64,000 nucleotides of DNA, from IMG/VR virus record IMGVR_UViG_3300031673_000017, positions 12,670-76,669 of that record; one strand, written 5' to 3'. This DNA is from a virus. Its lineage: Duplodnaviria > Caudoviricetes. The notes under the pieces were generated by a model, which was not told where the DNA came from, searched no databases, and saw only the letters and a list, made by a program, of their open reading frames with translations. This document shows positions 49,182 through 58,329 of this stretch, piece by piece (position 1 is the stretch's first letter; the number at the start of each line of letters is the position of its first letter). Made by a program: the position numbers and the translations under genes.

Positions 49182-49501
49182 AACATCTCCCTTCTTAATT
49201 TTAAATATTTTTGTAAGTCTTCATGATTACCAGTTTTTTCGCATTTCTTTCGTGCGTCTTCTAATACGGTATTATCACGCAAGTCTAAAATAAAACGAAT
49301 CCCCATTGCAGCGAGTTCAGCAGCTTCTTGACATGCATTTAGGATATTATTCGCTTTTATTTCATCTTTAAATTCTTCAAACTCTTCGAGAACAACACCT
49401 AAGCCTTCGTGTGGATTATGGAAACTGTTAAACTTTTCCTGTGCTCGTGTAAGTTCTTTTAAAACTAATTGTACAACTTCTTCTGTTGTTATCTTAGGCA
49501 T
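49178..49501 (-). CDS. MazG-like NTP pyrophosphohydrolase
   Basis: HEGLGVVLEEFEEF.DEI...EAAELAAM. Confidence 0.75.
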   Translation of the reverse strand: MPKITTEEVVQLVLKELTRAQEKFNSFHNPHEGLGVVLEEFEEFKDEIKANNILNACQEAAELAAMGIRFILDLRDNTVLEDARKKCEKTGNHEDLQKYLKLRREML

Positions 49502-49502
49502 T

Positions 49503-49859
49503 TTACTCCCTATCTAATAATGCACTTAATTCTATGTTCATTCGATTAGGCTCAAACCATATCTGAATACCTTCACTAACCGACACTCGCTCTGTTAATT
49601 TACCAGTAGCTAAAATATTTCCATCATGCAACGAATCAAAGATACCAAAATGAGTTATTGTTCCCCAACTATTTAATGCTATTGGAAATTGAATTGCATC
49701 AATATTAGTTGCCATATCTCCATTTACGAATAAATCACCAGGCCCCATCTCAATTCGATGGTAGTTTGTACTTTCTCGCTGAACCTCAACTAAACCAAAT
49801 GTTGGAATTCCTGCCAATAATCCTCTTAGTAATCCAATATAAATATAATTCATAGCCAC
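49503..49859 (-). CDS. Small virion-type beta protein, paralog of 40737..41087
   Basis: EV...NY.R...N...I.FP.A...WGTITHFGIFD...GN.L..G.L. Confidence 0.6.
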   Translation of the reverse strand: MAMNYIYIGLLRGLLAGIPTFGLVEVQRESTNYHRIEMGPGDLFVNGDMATNIDAIQFPIALNSWGTITHFGIFDSLHDGNILATGKLTERVSVSEGIQIWFEPNRMNIELSALLDRE

Positions 49860-49876
49860 TCCATTAATCTATCTGT

Positions 49877-50194
49877 TTAACTAATATCATTTTCTGCTAA
49901 TAATTTTTTAAGATAATCTACTTCACGTCCAAGTGATTCAATATCAAGCAAGCTATATTTTATACAAACTCGTAAATAGCTTATTGTTTCTTGTAATGAA
50001 TCTTTATTTTTTGTTGTATGTTTTACATTGACATTATCTGTTAATTGCTTAGGTTTTAACTTAGGTACCTTTTGAAATAATTCTACCAAAGCTTCAAGCT
50101 GATCTTTTACTTCTTTACGGCTTAACTTCTTTTGTGGTTCATCTTTCATTAAAAATCCTCGTCTTCTCTTATAACAGCCTCTGTTCCACCGCAT
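49877..50194 (-). CDS. Hypothetical protein
   Basis: ETI.YLRVCIKY.LLD.ES..RE; true start probably MKDEP. Confidence 0.5.
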   Translation of the reverse strand: MRWNRGCYKRRRGFLMKDEPQKKLSRKEVKDQLEALVELFQKVPKLKPKQLTDNVNVKHTTKNKDSLQETISYLRVCIKYSLLDIESLGREVDYLKKLLAENDIS

Positions 50195-51033
50195 TCTTTA
50201 CAAAGATTTAACGACTGAATTTCCATTCTTTCTAACCACTCTTTTATCTTATCAGGTTGCCAATTTTTCTTATTGACGACAATATCTTTTGTGGTATTTA
50301 GCGTCACTAATTTAAGGTTGCGATCAAATTTTCCAGAATTATAATGTTCTTCTAATGCAAATACTTCTTTAGTAGAGAATAGTTCATAGTTTGATATTTC
50401 ATTTGGCTTATAACCATTAATTATCGCAGATGCAATTAAATTACAGCGAACTCTATTAGCACCTTTTATATTATCGTGTCCTCCAACAAAGGCATAATAA
50501 ATTGCTAATTGATTTGGCATTAGCCCATGATATTTTTCCTTTACATGTGAAATAGTCCATGGTTGTTTTCTCCACGCGAAATTTTTGACTTGTATAACAC
50601 GAAATGGTTTCCCCCTAACGAGTTGAAGTAAATCATTATCACCAGAATAAATAATAACAGGTTCAGTTTTACAATATTTTTCAGTTAGGCTTGCAATGAT
50701 ATCGTCTGCTTCAAGTTCATCATTAAAAGCTGTATCAGCAACCATAGAAATTAATTTTTTAAATCCATTTACACGTTCTGGTGTTAGAAAACTATGTGCA
50801 TCTTTAGCACGCTTTACCTTACGGTCAGCCTTATATTCAGAGTCTATTTTATAACGAAAATTGTTTCTGCCCTCCCAACAAATTATAATTTCATCGTTAA
50901 AGAATTTTCTAATGGCTTCGAGACTTTTTAGAAAGCCATATTCCATCCCTGTTAGCCGTCCATCTCTTGTTACAAGATCTGGTAGCTTATAATTTGCTCT
51001 ATACAATTGCATGAATCCGTCGAGGAGTATCAT
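50149..51033 (-). CDS. 5'-3' exonuclease / flap endonuclease (T5 D15, PolI N-terminal-like)
   Basis: LLDG, WEG...FR..IDSEYKADR, EADD, SGDNDLLQL, GGHDNIKG. Confidence 0.9.
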   Translation of the reverse strand: MILLDGFMQLYRANYKLPDLVTRDGRLTGMEYGFLKSLEAIRKFFNDEIIICWEGRNNFRYKIDSEYKADRKVKRAKDAHSFLTPERVNGFKKLISMVADTAFNDELEADDIIASLTEKYCKTEPVIIYSGDNDLLQLVRGKPFRVIQVKNFAWRKQPWTISHVKEKYHGLMPNQLAIYYAFVGGHDNIKGANRVRCNLIASAIINGYKPNEISNYELFSTKEVFALEEHYNSGKFDRNLKLVTLNTTKDIVVNKKNWQPDKIKEWLERMEIQSLNLCKECGGTEAVIREDEDF

Positions 51034-51221
51034 TTATCAACCCTTAAAATTTCATTGGCATAGGAAGTGTTCACTATGACTATCACTATTAATTATAATC
51101 TCGAAACTTAATCTTCCTGTACAGCTTTTAATTTAGCATAACATTCTCTGGCTCTACGATTCTTTTCTAATCTTTTCTGCTCCTTTAGTTTAGCATTAAT
51201 CTCTTTACATTCATCAGCATT

Positions 51222-51545
51222 TCATATCATATTCAATCGCAAAAGTTCTTTGTAGAATGCAACAGGTTTAAACTCATAGTTATAAACTAAATTACTACAG
51301 TGAAAATTAGAATCAACCATCAGTCCTGGGCAATCATCACACCCATATCCATCATTAGTATAATCACAAAAGAAACAATTTGAATATATCCACTCATTAA
51401 CAAATCCATTATTTTTAAGCCAAATTCTTTTAAGATCATGGGCAGAAAATCTTTTATATGTATCAGTTTCCCATACGCTTGCAATCCACTTCCACATTCG
51501 AAGACATAATGTCCATGTTTGATTTAATGTTCTTTTCTTTTTCAT
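51222..51545 (-). CDS. Cys-rich hypothetical protein
   Basis: CLRMWKWIA...CFFCDY...CDDCP. Confidence 0.55.
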   Translation of the reverse strand: MKKKRTLNQTWTLCLRMWKWIASVWETDTYKRFSAHDLKRIWLKNNGFVNEWIYSNCFFCDYTNDGYGCDDCPGLMVDSNFHCSNLVYNYEFKPVAFYKELLRLNMI

Positions 51546-52005
51546 TATCTTTCACCCTTCTAATATATCATCCCCAGCTTCTACACAATTTATATCATCT
51601 TCTGGATTCGAGACATCACCATCATTTACACATCCAGGTTCATCACCAGTCTGTTCAGCAGTAATATAAAACTTACAGTTGCCCTTTTCTTTATCAATAC
51701 ATCTTGCCATTGTTTAACCTTTCAAATTAGGCGAACTGGCGTAGTTGCTTGCCCCTCAGCTCTTGACTTTTCTTGCTCTACTCTGCTTCGTAATATTGTT
51801 TTTACAATACCATCAGCAGCAAACTCACTACTAAGATTATTTAGCACGCCATTTATTCTTATGGCCTCTTTAGCATGATACGCTTTTTCTTCTTCTGGTG
51901 TCATATTTTAACTCCATATTTTATTTAATCTCAAAATTAGGCGAACTGGCTGAGTTGCTTACTCCTGTTATCTCAGCCAGTCGCCTTGGGAAGAGAATGA
52001 AAATC

Positions 52006-52305
52006 TTAGTTTAACGTAAATCCTCGTTTTTTATCTTCTTTATTTTTTGGCTCAAAGAAACATGTATTATAATTATCAATTATAATATCATGGTCTTTAA
52101 ATGCTTGACTCATATCTTTCCATCCAACAGCAATGGTGCAAAATCCATTAAATATTTTTGCTCTGATGTATACATCTAATTCTCTTATAAAAAATAAATC
52201 GACTCCAAAATCATCATGACATCCTTTAACTTCACCAAGTGCATGAGTATTAAATTGGCCTGAGTAAAATACAAGACTTGGATTGTCTTTCATTCTTACA
52301 TTCAT
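52006..52305 (-). CDS. Hypothetical protein
   Basis: FNTHALGEV; ATGA overlap with upstream gene. Confidence 0.5.
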   Translation of the reverse strand: MNVRMKDNPSLVFYSGQFNTHALGEVKGCHDDFGVDLFFIRELDVYIRAKIFNGFCTIAVGWKDMSQAFKDHDIIIDNYNTCFFEPKNKEDKKRGFTLN

Positions 52306-52574
52306 GATTTAAACCCTTTTATTACTTTTCCATTTTCAATTACTCGCATATTTTCTCTGCTGATATGATGTTCAATACGAGCGTCGATAAACTCTTTAAG
52401 CCACATCTTAAAATGTGCAGCACGCTTACAAATTCTTTCTGCACCTGCTTTTGTAAATACCTTGGCCTCTCTAATATCGCAGACATAACCGCAATTGCCG
52501 TGCTTCCACCACAGCATCGAGTTGCCAACATAATTTCTGCAATCCTGAATATAGAATTTATCATCCATTTTCAA
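52302..52574 (-). CDS. Conserved phage hypothetical protein
   Basis: FYIQD.R.YVGN.MLWW...GY..DI.EA.VF. Confidence 0.6.
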   Translation of the reverse strand: MKMDDKFYIQDCRNYVGNSMLWWKHGNCGYVCDIREAKVFTKAGAERICKRAAHFKMWLKEFIDARIEHHISRENMRVIENGKVIKGFKS

Positions 52575-53327
52575 TTCACCTTTTCATAAGTTAATTCACC
52601 TTTTCATAAGTTAATTCAAATATATCTGTTCTGCATGGATAAAAGTACCCACTATCTGGCTTATAAATTATCAATCTACCAGTCTATCTTTATATTCCAA
52701 ATTTTTACTATTCCTAACATGACTGGAATCAGTGCTAAACAACTTCCACAGAACCCAATAACTTTTAAACAATACATAAATGCTACTGATATTGCGATAG
52801 TGCCTAAAATTTTTAATGTATTTTTCATATTATTTTCCCTTTTATTTCTTTAAAATATAATCAATGCTTATTAATAAACAAATAATTATAAAAAGTATAA
52901 ATTCCATTTTACTTCTCTCCATATCTCGATTTTCTATCCCACGTCAATCCACGTCCTTGAGAGCAAAATCCAGCCCAATATCCCATCCTGACTAATTTTA
53001 ATACTTGTATAGTGAATGTCTTAATATAATGGGTGATTCTTTGCCAACGGACTAATTCAAAAACAAAACAATCAAGAAAATTATCCCACACTCTACAATA
53101 TATAAATACTTTAGATTTCTTTATTTTAATAGTGTTCCAAGGTTTAATGAATGTGTTGATCATGCTATATTCTCCATTCTTCTCATTCCCATTAAATTTC
53201 AGTATTGTCTCTTTGCCTAATACTCTTTCCATCCATCCATTTAATTGCTTAAACTGGTGTTTATTACTATAAATAAAAGTGGCTATAAAAATAATTATAA
53301 CAAGCAAAATTTTTAATTCTTCTCTCA

Positions 53328-54275
53328 TTAGAATTGCTCCGTTGTACATTGTTTCGGGTCTTTGTCGTCACGCCATCGCAAGAATCGCGGAAAACGTAGG
53401 GCACCTTTTGCTGCTATGCTGTCGTATGCACACTCACAAACTCTCCCAATTAAAGCATCTCGTTTTTCTTGTGTATCGAGTGTCTTTCGATATTCGAGTT
53501 TAAATCCAGAACCGACTTGCCCAAGAAAATGTGCTTTTCCATCTTGCTTATAAACAATTATTTGAAGCCCTTGCAAACACCCGTAATGCGTCGTGCTAAA
53601 AGATTTAAAAGTTCCAATTACAACAGCATCGATAGTCTTAACTGGTTTTAATTTATACCATCCAGTCATGTGCGATTCTTTTAATACAAAACCTTCAAAT
53701 TTATTCTTAATTGCCCTTTCTAATAATATTTTTTTATTTTTTTTATTTACAAATCCTTGTGAAATATAAGTGCAGGATGTTGGAAGAGCAATATCAAACC
53801 CTAATATATCCATCTTTAACATAATATCTATAAGATTTTGTTCCGACCAATTCTCTCCATCCAACCACGGAACAGCAAAGACGGTCAGCATTAATTTTTC
53901 ATTAGCTTCGTTAAGCATCGTTGGAACGTTCGTCGCAAAGACTCCAGGACAATGTAGTTCAGCCATTATACAACTATTTGGCGGCATTGCTATAAGCTCG
54001 TTTTCAATATGCTTTATCGCTTGCACTTTCTTAGTGATATCTTTATCATTTTTAGAAGTTATCGTAAACGAAAAATTAGAGTTGCGAACAACTTTTGTAA
54101 AATGCCCATCCAGTTTTGGCTGGATGAAATTAACTTTTTGACCTGTATAATTTTTGAATTTTGGAAGTTTTACGTCATTCATAATTATTTTAAATCCAAT
54201 TAAAGTTAAGGTTTGAGCAAGTAGGATTCCCTTAAATAGCACGCAGCTAACCTTGCCCGTTTTATAATTATACAT
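53328..54275 (-). CDS. ATP-dependent DNA ligase
   Basis: QPKLDG (motif I), EGFVLK (IV), YKLKP (V), OB-fold VGSGF...LRFPRF. Confidence 0.92.
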   Translation of the reverse strand: MYNYKTGKVSCVLFKGILLAQTLTLIGFKIIMNDVKLPKFKNYTGQKVNFIQPKLDGHFTKVVRNSNFSFTITSKNDKDITKKVQAIKHIENELIAMPPNSCIMAELHCPGVFATNVPTMLNEANEKLMLTVFAVPWLDGENWSEQNLIDIMLKMDILGFDIALPTSCTYISQGFVNKKNKKILLERAIKNKFEGFVLKESHMTGWYKLKPVKTIDAVVIGTFKSFSTTHYGCLQGLQIIVYKQDGKAHFLGQVGSGFKLEYRKTLDTQEKRDALIGRVCECAYDSIAAKGALRFPRFLRWRDDKDPKQCTTEQF

Positions 54276-54589
54276 ATAAGCTAAATTAGAACGTCCCTAT
54301 TCTGGCCTTTGGGAACTAATTAACCGCCGTGGTGTACCAGACGCGGCTGCTTCTACTGGATCCTAATTTCAGTCCATCAGTACTTCTACATTCTATGCCG
54401 GTTGTATTTCCGGCTCTCATTAATTGCCGGTTATAATTACCGGCTCTCATCAATTTTACCAGTCAATTAATTGCTGGTCTTCGATCATTGGCTAATGTTT
54501 TCGTAATCGCCTGCAGACTAATCTACTGAAAAGATATTGCTGCTTTACGCTCTTTTTAGTTTAAGAGTAACTTGGGAGTCGTAAAAAAA

Positions 54590-55123
54590 TTATCTCATTG
54601 CTCCAGTAGCTATTTTCTCTGCTTCTTCTACTGTTATAGCTTCTTCTCTGGCTATTTTTTCTTCTGTTGCTACTCGCTCGTCTTCTTTCGTAACTTCTTT
54701 TATCTTAGCTTCGTAGTCTTCAACGTCAATTCCTTCACTTTTCATCTGTTCTTCTAAGTCTGCGAGACGTTGTCTGAGATTCTTTAATTGTTTTACTTTA
54801 CTGTCTTTGCCAGTTACTTCTTTCTTGCTATTGGCTAATTCAGAAATATGTTGTGCAAGTTCTTTTAAGAGTTGTGGTGCTTCGATAAACTGTTTTAATA
54901 CTTGAGCTTTTTCATCTTCTATTTTGGAGATTTCTTCATCGTATTTTGAAATAATTTCATCGAAATGCTCAATAATAAAAGTGTAATGTCTAAGAAGAAC
55001 TTCATCGATTTTTTTACTTTCAGCGATGCTTTTTAATCTGACTTTTGTCGCTGTTTTTTGGATATTAATACATTTCATTTTCATTCTCCTCTTACTAACT
55101 TCTATATTTATTTGAAAATCCAC
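54590..55123 (-). CDS. Coiled-coil early protein
   Basis: E/K-rich helical; likely ATG at ~55083 after GAGGAG. Confidence 0.55.
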   Translation of the reverse strand: MDFQINIEVSKRRMKMKCINIQKTATKVRLKSIAESKKIDEVLLRHYTFIIEHFDEIISKYDEEISKIEDEKAQVLKQFIEAPQLLKELAQHISELANSKKEVTGKDSKVKQLKNLRQRLADLEEQMKSEGIDVEDYEAKIKEVTKEDERVATEEKIAREEAITVEEAEKIATGAMR

Positions 55124-55170
55124 AACTCTGAGCAGTATGTTTACTGCTCAGTAGTGTGGGTTTTCAAATC

Positions 55171-55674
55171 TTAGATTTCGCTTATGTCCACATTATCGTC
55201 TTTAAGCTGCTGTGTTAATGCTGCAAGCTGTTCTCGCATGCGTGCTACTTTCTGAACCCGCTTGCGTGTAGCTTCGTCGCCGAATTTCTCGACATTAGCT
55301 GCCTTACGTTCCTTTTCTTCTGCTCCTTTAATTAGGATAATGGCACGAACTCTTGCCATTAAAGCCTGGTAGCGTAGATGGATGGCGATTCCAGCAAATG
55401 CAGTTTTCTTCAAGGTGTTATGCTTTCTTGAATCAAAACCAGCATAAACAATTTTTCCATCAGCATCTTTGATGGGCTTTGGAACTGCGATAAGCAAACC
55501 ATCGGCATTTACTGCTGACACAATATTTCCGTCCTTGTCGCGATACAGGGCGTCAGCAATCGGAAAATCTATGCGATTGCCTTTTTCCTTCTCAGTTGTT
55601 TCGTCTTCTGTTGTCTCTTCTGAAACATCCGTGTCTTCAGTTTCTGGCACTACTTTGTTAGTTGTTTCTACCAT
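55171..55674 (-). CDS. Hypothetical early protein with acidic N-terminus
   Basis: Strong SD GAGGAG; T/E-rich N-terminus. Confidence 0.6.
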   Translation of the reverse strand: MVETTNKVVPETEDTDVSEETTEDETTEKEKGNRIDFPIADALYRDKDGNIVSAVNADGLLIAVPKPIKDADGKIVYAGFDSRKHNTLKKTAFAGIAIHLRYQALMARVRAIILIKGAEEKERKAANVEKFGDEATRKRVQKVARMREQLAALTQQLKDDNVDISEI

Positions 55675-55731
55675 CTTTTTGTTCTCCTCTAAAAATTAAC
55701 AATAAAATATTTTATTGATTTACGCTTTTAG

Positions 55732-56175
55732 TTAAGCAACTTCTATCACGTCGATTAGACTATAGATAAACTGACTACCATCATCAAATTCGATTTGTAG
55801 TCGCTCTGGTGTTATGAATTTAATTAATTTCCCAATGCGTTCGTGATTATCGCTTTTGGGCGAAACTATTTTGTAGTGAATGATTTTAGCAGCATCTATT
55901 TTAATAACCTCAATTAAAAAACCATCGTCGACACTTTCTTCAGAATCTGTTTCTGGAATCCATAAAAGATCGTCGCTTAGTTTTTCCTTAATCGCCTCGC
56001 ATAATATTAAATCATCGATTGTAGTATCTGTAATATCTATTTCTATTTCCATCGTAACTTTATATTTTACGTTATGGCTGACTTCAGGCCTGCCTTCTTT
56101 TAAAGAATCCATTTCTTTCTCTAATTTGCGAAGCATTTCGATTTTCTTTTTAGCTGATAGTGATTGTCTTTTCAT
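55732..56175 (-). CDS. Hypothetical early protein
   Basis: SD GAGGAG upstream. Confidence 0.55.
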   Translation of the reverse strand: MKRQSLSAKKKIEMLRKLEKEMDSLKEGRPEVSHNVKYKVTMEIEIDITDTTIDDLILCEAIKEKLSDDLLWIPETDSEESVDDGFLIEVIKIDAAKIIHYKIVSPKSDNHERIGKLIKFITPERLQIEFDDGSQFIYSLIDVIEVA

Positions 56176-56265
56176 TTCATTCTCCTCTGATTTATTTCAA
56201 AATTTATCAGTCTGGCCAGTTAAGAGGCCCGTGTTCGCAACTGGCCAGTATGATGAATTATGAGC

Positions 56266-56529
56266 TTATAATGTAAAGCAAACTTCGAACCATGAATCTT
56301 TTGGCCAAGCGTTCCAGCACTCGCTCTTACTTACAAACTTTGCTGTTTCTGGTAATTGCGTCATGAGGCTTGCTGCGAATTTCGTGGCGTCCATCCCGTG
56401 GGTGTAAAAGAAAAAACGTTTGGCTTTGTAAACACCTTTACGAACTGACAGCATATCTACTCCGATAAGCATATCTTTTAATTCTGCTGCTGTTTTAGTT
56501 TTAGCTACTATTGGCTTTGTAAGCATCAT
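56266..56529 (-). CDS. Hypothetical early protein (possibly 3' part of a gene starting at 56610 interrupted by TAA)
   Basis: In frame with MEIENKKVRTTE* at 56610-56572. Confidence 0.5.
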   Translation of the reverse strand: MMLTKPIVAKTKTAAELKDMLIGVDMLSVRKGVYKAKRFFFYTHGMDATKFAASLMTQLPETAKFVSKSECWNAWPKDSWFEVCFTL

Positions 56530-56607
56530 CGACTTTACAGCGTCTCTTTTTCTCTGTAATTTTCGCTTAGCTTATTCTGTTGTTCTGACTTTTTTGTTCT
56601 CAATTTC

Positions 56608-56709
56608 CATTTTATTCTCCTTTAATTTCTTTACTCTCTTATCTATGTAAAGTGTACTACATCTTTAGGTAAAAGCAAAGAGAAAAATCAGGATTTTGCA
56701 AATATTTTT
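56608..56709 (-). promoter_or_regulatory. Promoter/RBS cassette, copy 1 of 102-bp direct repeat
   Basis: TTGCTT...TACACT sigma-70-like boxes, AAAGGAGAA SD, ATG; one mismatch to 58833-58934. Confidence 0.7.
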
Positions 56710-57044
56710 TACGTCCTATAATATCAATTCTTGTGATAGCTCTCAGGGCATTTCGTTGTCCAACTCGTATTTACTGCAGCATCTTTTTTAGCTGTTGGGT
56801 TCGCAAATCGCGGCCTGTGTAGATGTAGTTCTCGACAAATGCCTTCGCACATTAATCCAGTACAAGCACAGAGCATGTTGTCGTCGCTCTGCGTAGCTTG
56901 TACAGCCTTACGACGAGCATCGTTTCTATTGTCGCTCTGCTCGTCTGTTCCCGCTTGCCAATGTGCGTCAAATGCTACTTCTGCTTTTTCTTGTCTCTCG
57001 TTTTTCATTTCACTTCTCCAAAATTTAGTTTATAAAATATCTAC

Positions 57045-57569
57045 TTAGCAATAATTCTGTGGGTTTGCTTTACCTGCTGAATCATTATTTTGGTCTGCTA
57101 AACCTGTTTCCTGACATTGCTCGCATTTTTCTTCTGATGGATCTTTACAACATGGCTCGTGGTCGCCAGATGTATAGCAATCTTTGCCTGCCAGAATATC
57201 TTCAGCCCAAAGTTGAATGTCGTTAAACCAGTGATTTGCAAGACTGAGCAAATACCACATGCTCTTTGATAGCTTATTTTTCTTGGCTGCTTCGATAAAG
57301 CAAGTTTCCCAATCTAACTTGTATTCACCAGTTAAACCAGCTTCTGATTCATTGCGGTCGTAATGATAGCTTTCTTCACGCATCTTTTGAGCATCAAGAA
57401 TGGCTCGTGCTATTTGCTTTTCATAAACTTGTGCAATTTTCTTTTCAAGTTCAGGAAGATTCATTTTGCTCTCCGCTTTCTTTGGTATTTGAAACATAGG
57501 GTCATTCGCACCAAAAACGGACTCCATGGAACTAACTTCATTCTTGTTAATTTTCTGTTTATCGTTCAT
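57045..57569 (-). CDS. Hypothetical early protein
   Basis: SD GGAG; YYLL..AN.WFNDIQ.WA segment. Confidence 0.5.
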   Translation of the reverse strand: MNDKQKINKNEVSSMESVFGANDPMFQIPKKAESKMNLPELEKKIAQVYEKQIARAILDAQKMREESYHYDRNESEAGLTGEYKLDWETCFIEAAKKNKLSKSMWYLLSLANHWFNDIQLWAEDILAGKDCYTSGDHEPCCKDPSEEKCEQCQETGLADQNNDSAGKANPQNYC

Positions 57570-57679
57570 TTCTCTTCTCCAAATTATAATTTATGATTTC
57601 GAAAAACCTTTGCTTCGGGCTTTCAACCGTCTGTACTTTATTTTAAGCAAAGTGAATGTCTCATATTTGCTGAAATACT

Positions 57680-58072
57680 TTACTTCTTTGTGTCTGTAGC
57701 GACTGGGGCAACATCTGCTTCCATCTGTGCCAACTTCTCTTTAAGAACTTTGATGGCTGCCAGCTTCTTTGTTTTCTTGGCTTCGTCACGTTTGGTTTTC
57801 GCATCTGAACGAACCTTCTTGGCTTCCAACTTTGCGGCTTTCTTCGCCTCTGAGCCGAGTCCTTTGTGGATGCGGTCGGCAAGTTTTGTAATGCTTGCAG
57901 CGATTTTCTTTTGTGCTGCTTGACAACTCTCTGGAACTTGTCCGACTACCAAAATTTCTCTTTCGAGTTTACGTAGTCGAGCGATGCACACTGGGACAAT
58001 CGTTGACTTTGCAACTTCGGCTACTGGCTTTGTACCAGCATTTGCTTTGTTTGTTTTGTTTTGATTACTCAT
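57680..58072 (-). CDS. Lys/Ala-rich basic protein (possible DNA-binding)
   Basis: EAKKAAKLEAKKVRSDAKTKRDEAKKTKK; strong SD GAGGAG. Confidence 0.55.
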   Translation of the reverse strand: MSNQNKTNKANAGTKPVAEVAKSTIVPVCIARLRKLEREILVVGQVPESCQAAQKKIAASITKLADRIHKGLGSEAKKAAKLEAKKVRSDAKTKRDEAKKTKKLAAIKVLKEKLAQMEADVAPVATDTKK

Positions 58073-58329
58073 TTTTAAATCTCCTCATTAAATTAAATTG
58101 AAATTGATTCCAAAAACTCACATTTGAGTTTATTTTTGATTATCTAACCAAAGAACTACTTTAGTTTTAGCGAAGTTATTTGCTTTGCATCCGTATTGAA
58201 GCTCACAACCAACGACTCTAATTCCATTATGCTTACGTGGAATCTTATAAGAGTTAAAGAATTCGTTAGCTTCATCATCTAAGTCAAAGTCTTTTATCGT
58301 TATTGGTGTAGATGTTCTTATATTTGCCA

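Noticed and set aside
54415-54460. Hammerhead ribozyme (TGATGAG followed by a stem on the minus strand)
   Set aside because: Lacks the CUGAUGA core C and the GAAA after stem II; no stem I/III closure found.
54397-54478. Possible mini CRISPR array
   Set aside because: Only two similar units; variation lies inside the hairpin loop with no unique spacers; no cas genes. The PD-(D/E)XK gene at 42950 is a typical standalone phage nuclease.
51108-56610. Genome-wide stop-codon reassignment
   Set aside because: The two in-frame interruptions use different stops (TGA, TAA); long conserved genes are intact under code 11, and genes end in TAA, TAG and TGA.
57661-57882. Alternative-frame minus-strand ORFs overlapping real genes (also 16639..16914, 29475..29681, 38631..38840, 52340..52564)
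   Set aside because: Nested within better-supported genes that have SD sites; no independent evidence.
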